A stretch of 64,000 nucleotides of DNA from Chitinophagaceae bacterium (GTDB taxonomy: Bacteria > Bacteroidota > Bacteroidia > Chitinophagales > Chitinophagaceae). The position numbers and the translations under genes are program-made. Shown one piece after another: positions 36,946 through 45,931 of the stretch (its first letter is position 1; every line of letters starts with the position of its first letter). The notes beneath the pieces are model-generated. The model was not told where the DNA came from and ran no database searches. It saw only the letters and a program-made list of their open reading frames with translations. The stretch lies in assembly GCA_964229195.1 (NCBI GenBank), contig CAXRAX010000009.1:2145-66144 (forward strand), read 5' to 3'.

Positions 36946-37824
36946 ATGCAACTACTGGATGGAAAAAAAGCCGGGCAGGCGATTCGCGAAGAGATCCGCT
37001 TGCAAGTCGCCCAACGCCTCAGCGAAGGAAAAAAGCAACCGCACCTCACGGCCATCCTGATCGGCAACAACGGGGCCAGTGCCACCTATGTCGGTGCCAA
37101 GGTCAAAGCCTGTGAAGAGGCCGGGATCCTTTCCACTTTATTGCATTATGAAAGCGACCTATCCGAGCACTCCCTGCTCGAAAAGATCGAAGCACTCAAC
37201 ACCGATCCCGATGTCGATGGCATTCTGGTGCAACTACCCTTACCGAAACACATTCGGGAATCGGCCGTGATCCATGCGATCGATCCGAGCAAAGACGTCG
37301 ACGGATTTCATCCGATCAATCAGGGATTGCTGATGCAGGGACAGCCCGGATTTATTCCCGCCACACCCTATGGCATCCAATTGTTGATGCAGCATTACCA
37401 AATCGAGACCGCCGGCAAGGAAGCCGTGGTGATCGGACGAAGCAATATCGTGGGTCGGCCCATGAGTGTTTTACTGAGTCAACCCGGACCCGTCGGCAAT
37501 TGCACCGTCACCCTCTGTCACTCGAAAACCAACGACCTCGCCGGACATATCCGACGCGCCGACATCGTCGTGGCCGCACTCGGTATACCTGAATTCGTCA
37601 AATCCGATATGATCAAACCCGGTGCCGTGGTGATCGACGTGGGCATCACCCGTGTCGAGAATCCAGCAAAAAAATCGGGATTTGAATTGAAAGGCGATGT
37701 AGACTATACAAACGTTGCCCCGCTGTGCAGCTGGATCACACCGGTGCCGGGCGGGGTCGGTCCCATGACCATCGCGGCCCTGCTGAAAAACACCCTGCAA
37801 GCCTGTCAGCAGAAAGATATCTGA
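36946..37824 (+). CDS. folD: Bifunctional methylenetetrahydrofolate dehydrogenase/cyclohydrolase
   Basis: MQLLDGKK, YVGAKVKACEEAGI, VQLPLPKHI and PVPGGVGPMTIA. Confidence 0.95.
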   Translation: MQLLDGKKAGQAIREEIRLQVAQRLSEGKKQPHLTAILIGNNGASATYVGAKVKACEEAGILSTLLHYESDLSEHSLLEKIEALNTDPDVDGILVQLPLPKHIRESAVIHAIDPSKDVDGFHPINQGLLMQGQPGFIPATPYGIQLLMQHYQIETAGKEAVVIGRSNIVGRPMSVLLSQPGPVGNCTVTLCHSKTNDLAGHIRRADIVVAALGIPEFVKSDMIKPGAVVIDVGITRVENPAKKSGFELKGDVDYTNVAPLCSWITPVPGGVGPMTIAALLKNTLQACQQKDI

Positions 37825-37827
37825 TCC

Positions 37828-38436
37828 ATGTCAACGCCCCACACGCTTCCGGTAATGGAACATTTCTACACCCTGCAAGGCGAAGGCCTGCACCAGGGAA
37901 AAGCGGCCTACTTTATTCGACTGGCCGGTTGCGACGTGGGTTGTGTGTGGTGCGATGTGAAAGCGAGCTGGGACCGCTCCAAACATCCCGATGTACCCAT
38001 CGATGAATTGTTGGCCGCCATCCGACAAACACCGGCCGAGATCGTGGTGATCACCGGCGGAGAACCCTTGATGCACGAGCTGGATCCACTCACCTCACTG
38101 CTCAAACAAGCCGGATATAAAACACACCTGGAAACGTCCGGGGCGCATCCGGTGTCGGGCCGCTGGGATTGGATCTGTCTCTCTCCCAAAAAATTTCGAG
38201 CACCCTTACCCGAGATCTTTTCCCAGACCGATGAATTGAAAGTAGTGATCTTTCACCCAAGCGATTTTACCTGGGCCGAGCAGTATGCTGAAAAAATGCG
38301 AAAGGGCACAGCGTTATATCTGCAGCCGGAGTGGGACCGCTCGGCCGACATGATGCCACTGATCGTCGACTATGTAAAAGCCCATCCCTCCTGGCGGGCT
38401 ACCCTGCAGATACACAAGTACCTGAACGTTCCCTAG
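37828..38436 (+). CDS. queE: 7-carboxy-7-deazaguanine synthase (radical SAM)
   Basis: FYTLQGEGLHQGKAAYFIRLAGCDVGCVWCD (CxxxCxxC cluster). 202 aa. Confidence 0.85.
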   Translation: MSTPHTLPVMEHFYTLQGEGLHQGKAAYFIRLAGCDVGCVWCDVKASWDRSKHPDVPIDELLAAIRQTPAEIVVITGGEPLMHELDPLTSLLKQAGYKTHLETSGAHPVSGRWDWICLSPKKFRAPLPEIFSQTDELKVVIFHPSDFTWAEQYAEKMRKGTALYLQPEWDRSADMMPLIVDYVKAHPSWRATLQIHKYLNVP

Positions 38437-38487
38437 AATTAACAAATCCTCATCCCCCAAGGGAAAAAAATCCGTTAGCTTAGATAC

Positions 38488-40407
38488 ATGTTGCGTGTAT
38501 GGATCGGTTGTTTGATCGGAGTGGTGTTGCTGCTGCCAGCAAAAACCAGGGCACAATCCAAATCGGAGATCAAGAAAGCCAAGCAATTATGTGAGCAAGG
38601 ATTTCTGCGATTGGAAGAAGGAGAGAATATGCAGGCGTTGGGACTTTTTCGCGAGTCCCTCTCGATCGACTCCAACCTGGCCCGTGCCTGGGCCGGCATC
38701 GGGGCCGTTCAATCCGATAGAAAACTGCATGCACAGGCCGTGTACGCCTTCCAGCGGGCCCGCCAACTCGACCCGGCTTCGATGGAACCCTTCCTGCCTA
38801 TGTTGGCGGAGGAATGGGCCGGTATCGGAGAATTCTCCTCCGCACTGTCGCTGATCGACTCGCTGATGCGAACACCCCTGGGCAGTACGGCGGCGATGAA
38901 AAAATACCTGGACAAAAGAAGAACGCGCTATCTGTTCGGCGTGAATTACCAAGCCAACCTAACCGACACCGGCTATCGATTTGAACCAAAGAATTTAGGT
39001 CCCCTCGTCAACAGCCGCGATCCCGAATACCTGCCCTCGATCACGATCGATGGAAAACAATTGGCCTTCACCCGAAACCGCGGGAGCCGCAACGAAGATT
39101 TCTTCGCCTCGGAATTGGACAGCAACGGACAATGGAGACTCTCCCAACCGCTGCCCGGAGAAGTCAACACCCCGATGAACGAAGGCGCCATGCATATTTC
39201 GCAGGATGGCGAATGGATGGTGTTCACCGCCTGTTCCCGTCCCGATGGCTTTGGCGGATGTGACCTGTACATCTCTTACCGAACCCCATCGGGTTGGACA
39301 CCCGGAAAAAATCTCGGCGGACGGATCAACTCCGACCAATGGGAGACACAACCCTGTCTCTCGCCCGACAAACAGTTTCTGTATTTCGTAAGTCGTCGGC
39401 CGGGGGGACTGGGTGGCAGCGACATCTATGTTTCGCGATTGCTTCGCAACGGACGTTGGGACGACCCCGTGAACCTCGGCCCCAACATCAACACGGGCGG
39501 AGATGAACAATGTCCCTTCCTGCATGCCGACAATCAAACCTTGTATTTCACCAGTCCGGGTTGGCCCGGTTACGGCAACGACGATCTTTTCTTGTCCCGT
39601 AAGCAAGCAGATGGCTCCTGGTCCAAACCCGAGAACCTGGGCTTTCCGATCAATACGATCGACCGAGATGGAAGCCTCATCATCGCGGCCGACGGCATCA
39701 CGGCCTATTACGCCAGCAACCGAAGTGATTCCTATGGAGAAATGGACCTCTATCAATTCAGTCTACCCAAACATGCCCGCCCTACCCCCACCTATTGGAT
39801 CCGGGGAAAAGTATTCGACCGATCCGACCGCAAACCCATCGCTGCCTTGCTGAATCTGCGCGAAGCGGAAACCGGCAAAGAGGTTACGCAAGTGAAAGCG
39901 GATTCTCTCGGAAATTATCTGGTGACCCTCCCGGCCGGCCATACCTACCTGCTCACGATCCGTCAACCCGGATACTTTTTTCACAGCGAGGTTTTTGAGA
40001 TGAAAAAAACAACGGATGCCAAACCGCAGCAACTCAATGTGGGATTACAACCCCTGAGTCAGGATACCACCATAGTGCTCAACCACGTCTACTTCCAAAC
40101 CAATCGTGCCGAGTTGGCCGACAGCTCCCGAGCCGAACTCATGAGCCTGGTCGAACTGCTTCAAGAAAATCCCAGCCTGATCGTGGAGATCGGCGGACAT
40201 ACCGATAATCAAGGAAACGCCACCGATAACCTATCCCTCAGCAAACGCCGCGCCGAAGCGGTCGTGCATTTTCTGACCGATCAAGGCATCACCCCGGAAC
40301 GCTTACAGGCAAAAGGGTACGGTGCTAGCCGTCCCCTCGCCGATAATAACACCGCAGAGGGACGAGCAAAAAACAGACGAAGCGAGATGAAAATCCTTCG
40401 TAAATAA
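38488..40407 (+). CDS. OmpA-family protein with TPR and TolB-like beta-propeller repeats
   Basis: Signal peptide, repeated PD40-like segments (EYLPSITIDGKQLAFT, ETQPCLSPDKQFLYFVS, EQCPFLHADNQTLYFTS), and an OmpA C-terminal domain GGHTDNQGNATDNLSLSKRRAEAV. Confidence 0.85.
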   Translation: MLRVWIGCLIGVVLLLPAKTRAQSKSEIKKAKQLCEQGFLRLEEGENMQALGLFRESLSIDSNLARAWAGIGAVQSDRKLHAQAVYAFQRARQLDPASMEPFLPMLAEEWAGIGEFSSALSLIDSLMRTPLGSTAAMKKYLDKRRTRYLFGVNYQANLTDTGYRFEPKNLGPLVNSRDPEYLPSITIDGKQLAFTRNRGSRNEDFFASELDSNGQWRLSQPLPGEVNTPMNEGAMHISQDGEWMVFTACSRPDGFGGCDLYISYRTPSGWTPGKNLGGRINSDQWETQPCLSPDKQFLYFVSRRPGGLGGSDIYVSRLLRNGRWDDPVNLGPNINTGGDEQCPFLHADNQTLYFTSPGWPGYGNDDLFLSRKQADGSWSKPENLGFPINTIDRDGSLIIAADGITAYYASNRSDSYGEMDLYQFSLPKHARPTPTYWIRGKVFDRSDRKPIAALLNLREAETGKEVTQVKADSLGNYLVTLPAGHTYLLTIRQPGYFFHSEVFEMKKTTDAKPQQLNVGLQPLSQDTTIVLNHVYFQTNRAELADSSRAELMSLVELLQENPSLIVEIGGHTDNQGNATDNLSLSKRRAEAVVHFLTDQGITPERLQAKGYGASRPLADNNTAEGRAKNRRSEMKILRK

Positions 40408-40431
40408 TTCCCACCCCGCGCTTCGCCCCGA

Positions 40432-40439
40432 TAGATTTG
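40432..40439 (+). promoter_or_regulatory. Candidate -7 box TAGATTTG, 4 nt upstream of the dprA GTG
   Basis: Perfect TAnnTTTG, spacer CCGG, GTG at 40444. Confidence 0.35.
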
Positions 40440-40443
40440 CCGG

Positions 40444-41541
40444 GTGTCGGATTCTCTGCTGCATCGCATCGCCCTGACCCTTGTTCCACAGATCGGACCT
40501 GTTCAGGCCCGACTGTTGCTGCAACAGTTTTCACCGGAGGAGATCTTCCGTGCCAAACGCCATCAGCTGCTGCAGATCGAAGGCATCGGTCACGAAAGAG
40601 CCCAAGCCATCCTTCGCTTTCGGGATTTTGAACGAGCCGAAAAAGAGATCCGGTTCCTGGAGAATCGAAAGCTTCGGGCGTTATCGATCGACGCCCCCGA
40701 CTATCCCAAACGCCTGCTGCACTGCTATGACCCGCCGGTGTTGTTGTATTATGGAGGAGCAGCCGATCTCAACGCCTCCCGCATGCTGGCGATCATCGGC
40801 ACCCGATTGCCCACGGAATATGGGCGCGGATGGACCGAACGTATCCTCGAGGAGCTGAAAGATGTTTCGGTGACCATCGTTAGCGGACTGGCCGCCGGCA
40901 TCGATGCGATCGCACACCGAGCCGCGTTGCGTCACGGCCTCACCACCATTGGTGTATTGGCGCATGGGTTAGACCGGATCTATCCCTATCACCATCGGAA
41001 GCTGGCACAGGATATGGAAGGGGCCGGGGGACTGCTCACGGAGTTTGTTCACGGCACCGAACCGGATCGGTATCATTTTCCTGCCCGCAATCGGTTGGTG
41101 GCGGGAATGACCGATGCCACGCTCGTCATTGAGTCGGGAGAAAAAGGCGGAAGCCTCATCACGGCCTCACTGGCCAATCAATACAATCGGGATGTATTTG
41201 CCCTGCCGGGAAGGGTGACCGACGAAAAAAGCATGGGCTGCTTGAAATTGATCCGACAACATCAATCCGAGATCTTTCTCTCCACAACCGACCTGCTCGA
41301 TCGATTGGGCTGGAACGATTCGCCGACGGAGAAAAAAATCACCCCCACTTTGTTTCCCGATTTGTCGGTAGATGAAAAAAAGATCGTGGAGCACTTACAA
41401 ACAGGAAATACCCTGCATCAAGATCAGATCGGATGGGAACTGAATATGTCATCCTCCCTACTGAATAGCTGCTTGCTTCAACTGGAAATGAAAGGGGTGG
41501 TCCTATCTTTGCCGGGCAAACAATACCGGTTGCCACGTTGA
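40444..41541 (+). CDS. dprA: DNA-processing protein DprA
   Basis: LTLVPQIGPVQARLLL, AIIGTRLPTEYG, IVSGLAAGIDAIAHRAAL and GSLITA. The start is a GTG (no nearby ATG). Confidence 0.9.
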   Translation: MSDSLLHRIALTLVPQIGPVQARLLLQQFSPEEIFRAKRHQLLQIEGIGHERAQAILRFRDFERAEKEIRFLENRKLRALSIDAPDYPKRLLHCYDPPVLLYYGGAADLNASRMLAIIGTRLPTEYGRGWTERILEELKDVSVTIVSGLAAGIDAIAHRAALRHGLTTIGVLAHGLDRIYPYHHRKLAQDMEGAGGLLTEFVHGTEPDRYHFPARNRLVAGMTDATLVIESGEKGGSLITASLANQYNRDVFALPGRVTDEKSMGCLKLIRQHQSEIFLSTTDLLDRLGWNDSPTEKKITPTLFPDLSVDEKKIVEHLQTGNTLHQDQIGWELNMSSSLLNSCLLQLEMKGVVLSLPGKQYRLPR

Positions 41542-41560
41542 TCCCGGGTTTTCAAATTGG

Positions 41561-43585
41561 ATGATCAAAAAACTATTCTTGCTTCTGTGGGTCGGCGTAT
41601 CGATGTTCCCGCTTGTTGCCCGTTCGCAGGCGTGCACCACGCTGGGACAAACCCCCTCCACCGCTTTTCCCGTTTGCGGAACCACCACCTTCACGCAGGC
41701 CAGTGTGCCCCTATGTGCCACCAATAGCTTGTTCGTTCCCGGCTGCTCCGGCACCGGCGCGAACTATGAAAACCGAAACCCATTTTTTTATCGATTCACT
41801 TGTTACACGTCGGGTTCACTGGGATTTGTGATTACCCCACTGGCTCCGAATGAGGATTACGACTGGCAGTTGTATGATATCACCGGGCGAAATCCAAACG
41901 ACATCTTTACGGTGAACAGTTTGGTCGTCACCGGAAACTGGGCGGGCACATATGGTCCTACCGGCGCTTCCGCCTCCGGCACCAATGGCATTCAGTGCGC
42001 CTCCGATCCGGCCTCCAATGCGCCCACCTTTGCCCGAATGCCCAACCTGATCCAGGGCCGGGAGTATTTGTTGCTCGTGAGTCATTTCACCAACACACAA
42101 AGCGGTTATACGTTATCCTTCACCGGGGGGACGGCCGTGATCACCGACCCTACCGAGCCACATCTATTGAACGCGAAGGCGGATTGCGATGGCACCAAGA
42201 TCCGGGTCAAGCTCAATAAAAAAGTCAGTTGCCGAAGCCTGACCGCCAATGGAAATGAATTCAGTATTCTGCCGGCTGCACAAACCGTGGTGAGTGCCCA
42301 ACCCGACTCCTGCAGTTTCGCGTTTGACTTTGATGAGATCGAACTCACGCTCAGTGGCACCCTGCCCAATGGCAATTATCAGTTGGTGATCAAAAACGGG
42401 AGCGATGCCAATACGTTGCTCGACAATTGCGGACGGGCCATACCGGTGAATGAGCAAGTTCCCTTCACGTATCAATCCCCACAACCTATCTATGCCGATT
42501 CAATTGGCAAAACAAGTTGCCAAACCGACTCGATCCGCGTTTATTTTCCGAAGCGGATCAATTGTGCCAGCATCGCTGCGAACGGATCTGATTTTGTGGT
42601 GACCGGTCCAACGCCCGTAACCGTCACCGCCGCCGGAGGAAATTGCGTGCTGGGAAAGACCGATTATGTGACCGTTCGTTTCAGTGCGCCCATCTATACG
42701 AGGGGAACCTATACGCTCTCGCTTCGACCGGGCAATGACGGGTCGGTTTTGATCGATGAATGCGGACAGGAAACGCCCAACCAGCAACTGAATTTCAATA
42801 CCGCCGATACCGTCAATGCCGATTTCACGTACACGGAACGGCTGGGTTGTCAGCGCGACACGCTACGATTTTCTCACAACGGATTGAATCAGGTGAACCA
42901 GTGGAGTTGGATCATCAATGGCACGGTACAGAGCGATCAACAGGTGTACACGCATATTTTTCCGGCTACCAGTCAGAATACCGTCAGTCTCCACGTAAGC
43001 AATGGCACCTGTATCGATACCAGTACCCAACGGATCGTACTGAACAATGAAGTGAAAGCCTCCTTCGACATGCCGTCGGTGATCTGTCCCGAAGATGCAC
43101 TGACAGTAACGAATACCACGACGGGAGCCGTCACCAGCTGGCGATGGCAATACGACGTGCTGGGAAGCAGTACACTCAAAGACCCTCCCCCTTTCCAATG
43201 GCCCAACAATGGCCGAGAGGCCTTTTACACCGTCAAGCTGACGGCCTACAATTCGGTGCTCAATTGTAGCGACAGCCTGCGAAAGCCCCTGCGCGTATTG
43301 GACTTTTGTTCGATCGCGGTACCTACGGGATTTACCCCCAACAACGATGGCCGCAACGATCGCTTTGGTCCGTATAACGCGTTGAAAGCCGATAACTATC
43401 AATTTCAGGTGTTCAATCGATGGGGGCAGCGGGTTTTCGAATCCCGCAATTGGCAGGAAAAATGGGATGGGAAATGGAACAGCCAGGAGCAACCCGGCGG
43501 CGTGTATGTATGGATGCTCTCCTATACGAATCGGGATACCGGTCAGCCCACCACCCGAAAAGGAACTGTAGTGCTGATCCGATAG
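41561..43585 (+). CDS. T9SS type-B C-terminal sorting domain (gliding-motility CTD) surface protein
   Basis: Signal peptide, Ig/PKD-like repeats, and the C-terminus GFTPNNDGRNDRF...FNRWGQRVFES...KGTVVLIR. Confidence 0.85.
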   Translation: MIKKLFLLLWVGVSMFPLVARSQACTTLGQTPSTAFPVCGTTTFTQASVPLCATNSLFVPGCSGTGANYENRNPFFYRFTCYTSGSLGFVITPLAPNEDYDWQLYDITGRNPNDIFTVNSLVVTGNWAGTYGPTGASASGTNGIQCASDPASNAPTFARMPNLIQGREYLLLVSHFTNTQSGYTLSFTGGTAVITDPTEPHLLNAKADCDGTKIRVKLNKKVSCRSLTANGNEFSILPAAQTVVSAQPDSCSFAFDFDEIELTLSGTLPNGNYQLVIKNGSDANTLLDNCGRAIPVNEQVPFTYQSPQPIYADSIGKTSCQTDSIRVYFPKRINCASIAANGSDFVVTGPTPVTVTAAGGNCVLGKTDYVTVRFSAPIYTRGTYTLSLRPGNDGSVLIDECGQETPNQQLNFNTADTVNADFTYTERLGCQRDTLRFSHNGLNQVNQWSWIINGTVQSDQQVYTHIFPATSQNTVSLHVSNGTCIDTSTQRIVLNNEVKASFDMPSVICPEDALTVTNTTTGAVTSWRWQYDVLGSSTLKDPPPFQWPNNGREAFYTVKLTAYNSVLNCSDSLRKPLRVLDFCSIAVPTGFTPNNDGRNDRFGPYNALKADNYQFQVFNRWGQRVFESRNWQEKWDGKWNSQEQPGGVYVWMLSYTNRDTGQPTTRKGTVVLIR

Positions 43586-43612
43586 GTTTTGGTCCGAATT
43601 CGGGCGGTTCCA

Positions 43613-43620
43613 TATCTTTG
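43613..43620 (+). promoter_or_regulatory. Candidate -7 box TATCTTTG, 3 nt upstream of the guaB ATG
   Basis: Perfect TAnnTTTG. A TTG at 43589-43591 lies 21 nt upstream as a possible -33 element. ATG at 43624. Confidence 0.45.
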
Positions 43621-43623
43621 CAC

Positions 43624-45114
43624 ATGGCAACCAAAAAATCTTCCCCGTCTTTATCGGATAAAATTGCGCTCGAAGGCCTCACCTTCGATGATGTTTTATT
43701 GATGCCCGGCTACAGTGAAGTGCTGCCCCGGGAGGTTGATATCCGCAGCCGACTTACCCCTCAGATCACCCTCAATATCCCCTTGCTGTCGGCGGCCATG
43801 GATACGGTCACCGAAGCGGCCTTGGCCATTGCGTTGGCGCGGGAAGGGGGACTGGGCATCCTGCACAAGAACATGACCATCGAAAAACAAGCGGAGCAGG
43901 TACGCAAAGTGAAAAGAAGTGAAAGCGGCCTGATCATCGATCCGGTCACCCTGGAAGCGAATGCCACCATCGGCGATGCGCTTCGGCTCATGCGCGAGAA
44001 CCGGATCGGGGGCATTCCCATCATCGACAAGCAAGGTCGACTCGTGGGTATTCTGACCAACCGGGACCTGCGATTCGAAGTCGATATGAAACGAAAGGTC
44101 AGCGAAGTAATGACCAAAGAAAATCTCTACACGGCGCCGGAGGGAACAGACCTACGAAAAGCCGAGCAACTATTCAAAAAGACCAAGGTTGAGAAACTCC
44201 CCATCGTAGACAAGAAGGGGAAGTTGGTCGGACTCTTTACCTACAGCGACATCCTGAAATTGAAAAGTCACCCGCACGCCGTCAAAGATTCGTTTGGCCG
44301 ATTGCTGGTGGGCGCCGGGGTGGGCATCACCAAAGACATTTTGGACCGCGTGGCCGCCCTGCAACACGTGGGGGTGGATGTGATCGCACTGGACAGTGCA
44401 CACGGACACAGCCGGGGTGTGATCGATGCCTTGAGATCGGTCAAGAAAAATTTCCGGGGCGTAGAAGTGATCGCGGGCAATGTCGGAACTGCCGCCGGAG
44501 CGAAGGCCTTATCGGATGCCGGAGCGGATGCCGTGAAGGTGGGCATTGGTCCGGGTTCGATCTGCACCACCCGCAGCGTAGCCGGTGCCGGGATGCCACA
44601 AATGACGGCGGTGATGGAAGCAGCAGCGGCTCTGAAAAAATCGCGCACCACGTTAATTGCGGATGGCGGCATCCGGTATACCGGTGACATGGTGAAAGCC
44701 ATCGCGGCCGGTGCCAATGCGGTAATGATGGGTAGCATTTTTGCAGGGACGGAGGAGAGTCCGGGCGAGACCATCATTTACGAAGGAAGAAAATTCAAGG
44801 AATACCGGGGCATGGGCTCGTTGGGAGCGATGGCCACCGGCAGCAGCGACCGATATTTTCAGGACGGCGAGGCCGATGTGAAAAAATTCGTGCCGGAAGG
44901 CATTGAGGGACGTGTCGCTTACAAAGGGCAACTACGCGAAGTGGTGTATCAATTCGTCGGAGGACTTCGTGCCGGGATGGGATACTGCGGCGCGAAAAAC
45001 ATACCCGCTCTTCAGGCCGCCAAGTTCGTACGGATCACCAATGCGGGGATGCGCGAGAGCCACGCACACGACATCGACATTACGAAAGAGGCCCCGAATT
45101 ACAGCCGGAGTTAA
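43624..45114 (+). CDS. guaB: IMP dehydrogenase
   Basis: The internal ATG at 43624 gives [35 protein letters not shown] pair is present, followed by [11 protein letters not shown] and GGIRYTGD. Confidence 0.95.
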   Translation: MATKKSSPSLSDKIALEGLTFDDVLLMPGYSEVLPREVDIRSRLTPQITLNIPLLSAAMDTVTEAALAIALAREGGLGILHKNMTIEKQAEQVRKVKRSESGLIIDPVTLEANATIGDALRLMRENRIGGIPIIDKQGRLVGILTNRDLRFEVDMKRKVSEVMTKENLYTAPEGTDLRKAEQLFKKTKVEKLPIVDKKGKLVGLFTYSDILKLKSHPHAVKDSFGRLLVGAGVGITKDILDRVAALQHVGVDVIALDSAHGHSRGVIDALRSVKKNFRGVEVIAGNVGTAAGAKALSDAGADAVKVGIGPGSICTTRSVAGAGMPQMTAVMEAAAALKKSRTTLIADGGIRYTGDMVKAIAAGANAVMMGSIFAGTEESPGETIIYEGRKFKEYRGMGSLGAMATGSSDRYFQDGEADVKKFVPEGIEGRVAYKGQLREVVYQFVGGLRAGMGYCGAKNIPALQAAKFVRITNAGMRESHAHDIDITKEAPNYSRS

Positions 45115-45842
45115 TCGACGGCAAAGTCGACCCGGATCGTGATCGACGCGGTCTTATTCCGGGAGGAGGTATTAAATGCCCCCCCGTAGGAATAATCCTC
45201 GTTGCTATTTTGTCCGGTGATCTGAAAAACGCCCATCGTCGCTTTTTTGATCTTCCCCAAATCGCTGCCAGCGTTCGTCGCAATGGTTTGGGCTCGTTCT
45301 TTCGCATCGGCACTGGCCTTGGCGAGCAGATCGATCTTCAACTCGGAGAGTTTGGAGTAATAGTATGAAGGTTGAGTGGAATTGAATTCAATGCCCCGCT
45401 GGATCAGCTCGGTGATCTCGCGGGAGATCTTTTCTACTTTATCGATGTTGCGGGAATCGACCGTTACGCTTTGCATCAACTTATAGCCGGTGAAATCGGT
45501 GCCCAGGGTACGACCCTCTGAGTCGTAGCGCGTATTGTATTCCTTTTCAATGCCTACGGCTGAGAAGATCAATTCGGACTCCTGTACGCCTTTTTCCAAT
45601 AAATAGGTACGAATGGATTGTTCGTCTTCTTTCAATTGGGCGTAAGCCATTTTGAGGTCCATCATCTTTCGACTGTAATTACCGCTCCAAACGATCTGAT
45701 CACTGGTGAAATCGGTTGCGGCCAGTCCCGTTACACTGATCGTTTCCTGTGCCCGGAATTTGTATTTGTAGGCTCCGGCCAGCACCGAAACGCCCAACAG
45801 GGCGGTGAAACAGATTAAGATCGTTTTGACATAAGGTTTCAT
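45111..45842 (-). CDS. SIMPL (DUF541) domain-containing protein
   Basis: 243 aa with an N-terminal membrane/signal segment. ISVTGLA...VQSVTVDSRNIDKVEKI...MGVFQITGQ resembles SIMPL-family proteins (by eye). Confidence 0.6.
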   Translation of the reverse strand: MKPYVKTILICFTALLGVSVLAGAYKYKFRAQETISVTGLAATDFTSDQIVWSGNYSRKMMDLKMAYAQLKEDEQSIRTYLLEKGVQESELIFSAVGIEKEYNTRYDSEGRTLGTDFTGYKLMQSVTVDSRNIDKVEKISREITELIQRGIEFNSTQPSYYYSKLSELKIDLLAKASADAKERAQTIATNAGSDLGKIKKATMGVFQITGQNSNEDYSYGGAFNTSSRNKTASITIRVDFAVD

Positions 45843-45931
45843 CTGAGTAGATTTTAAGATAAAGCTAACCGACGGCTTGCTTAGAGAATGTTAATTTCGT
45901 TCAAACTAAATGCTCGGCCAAACCCACTGAT

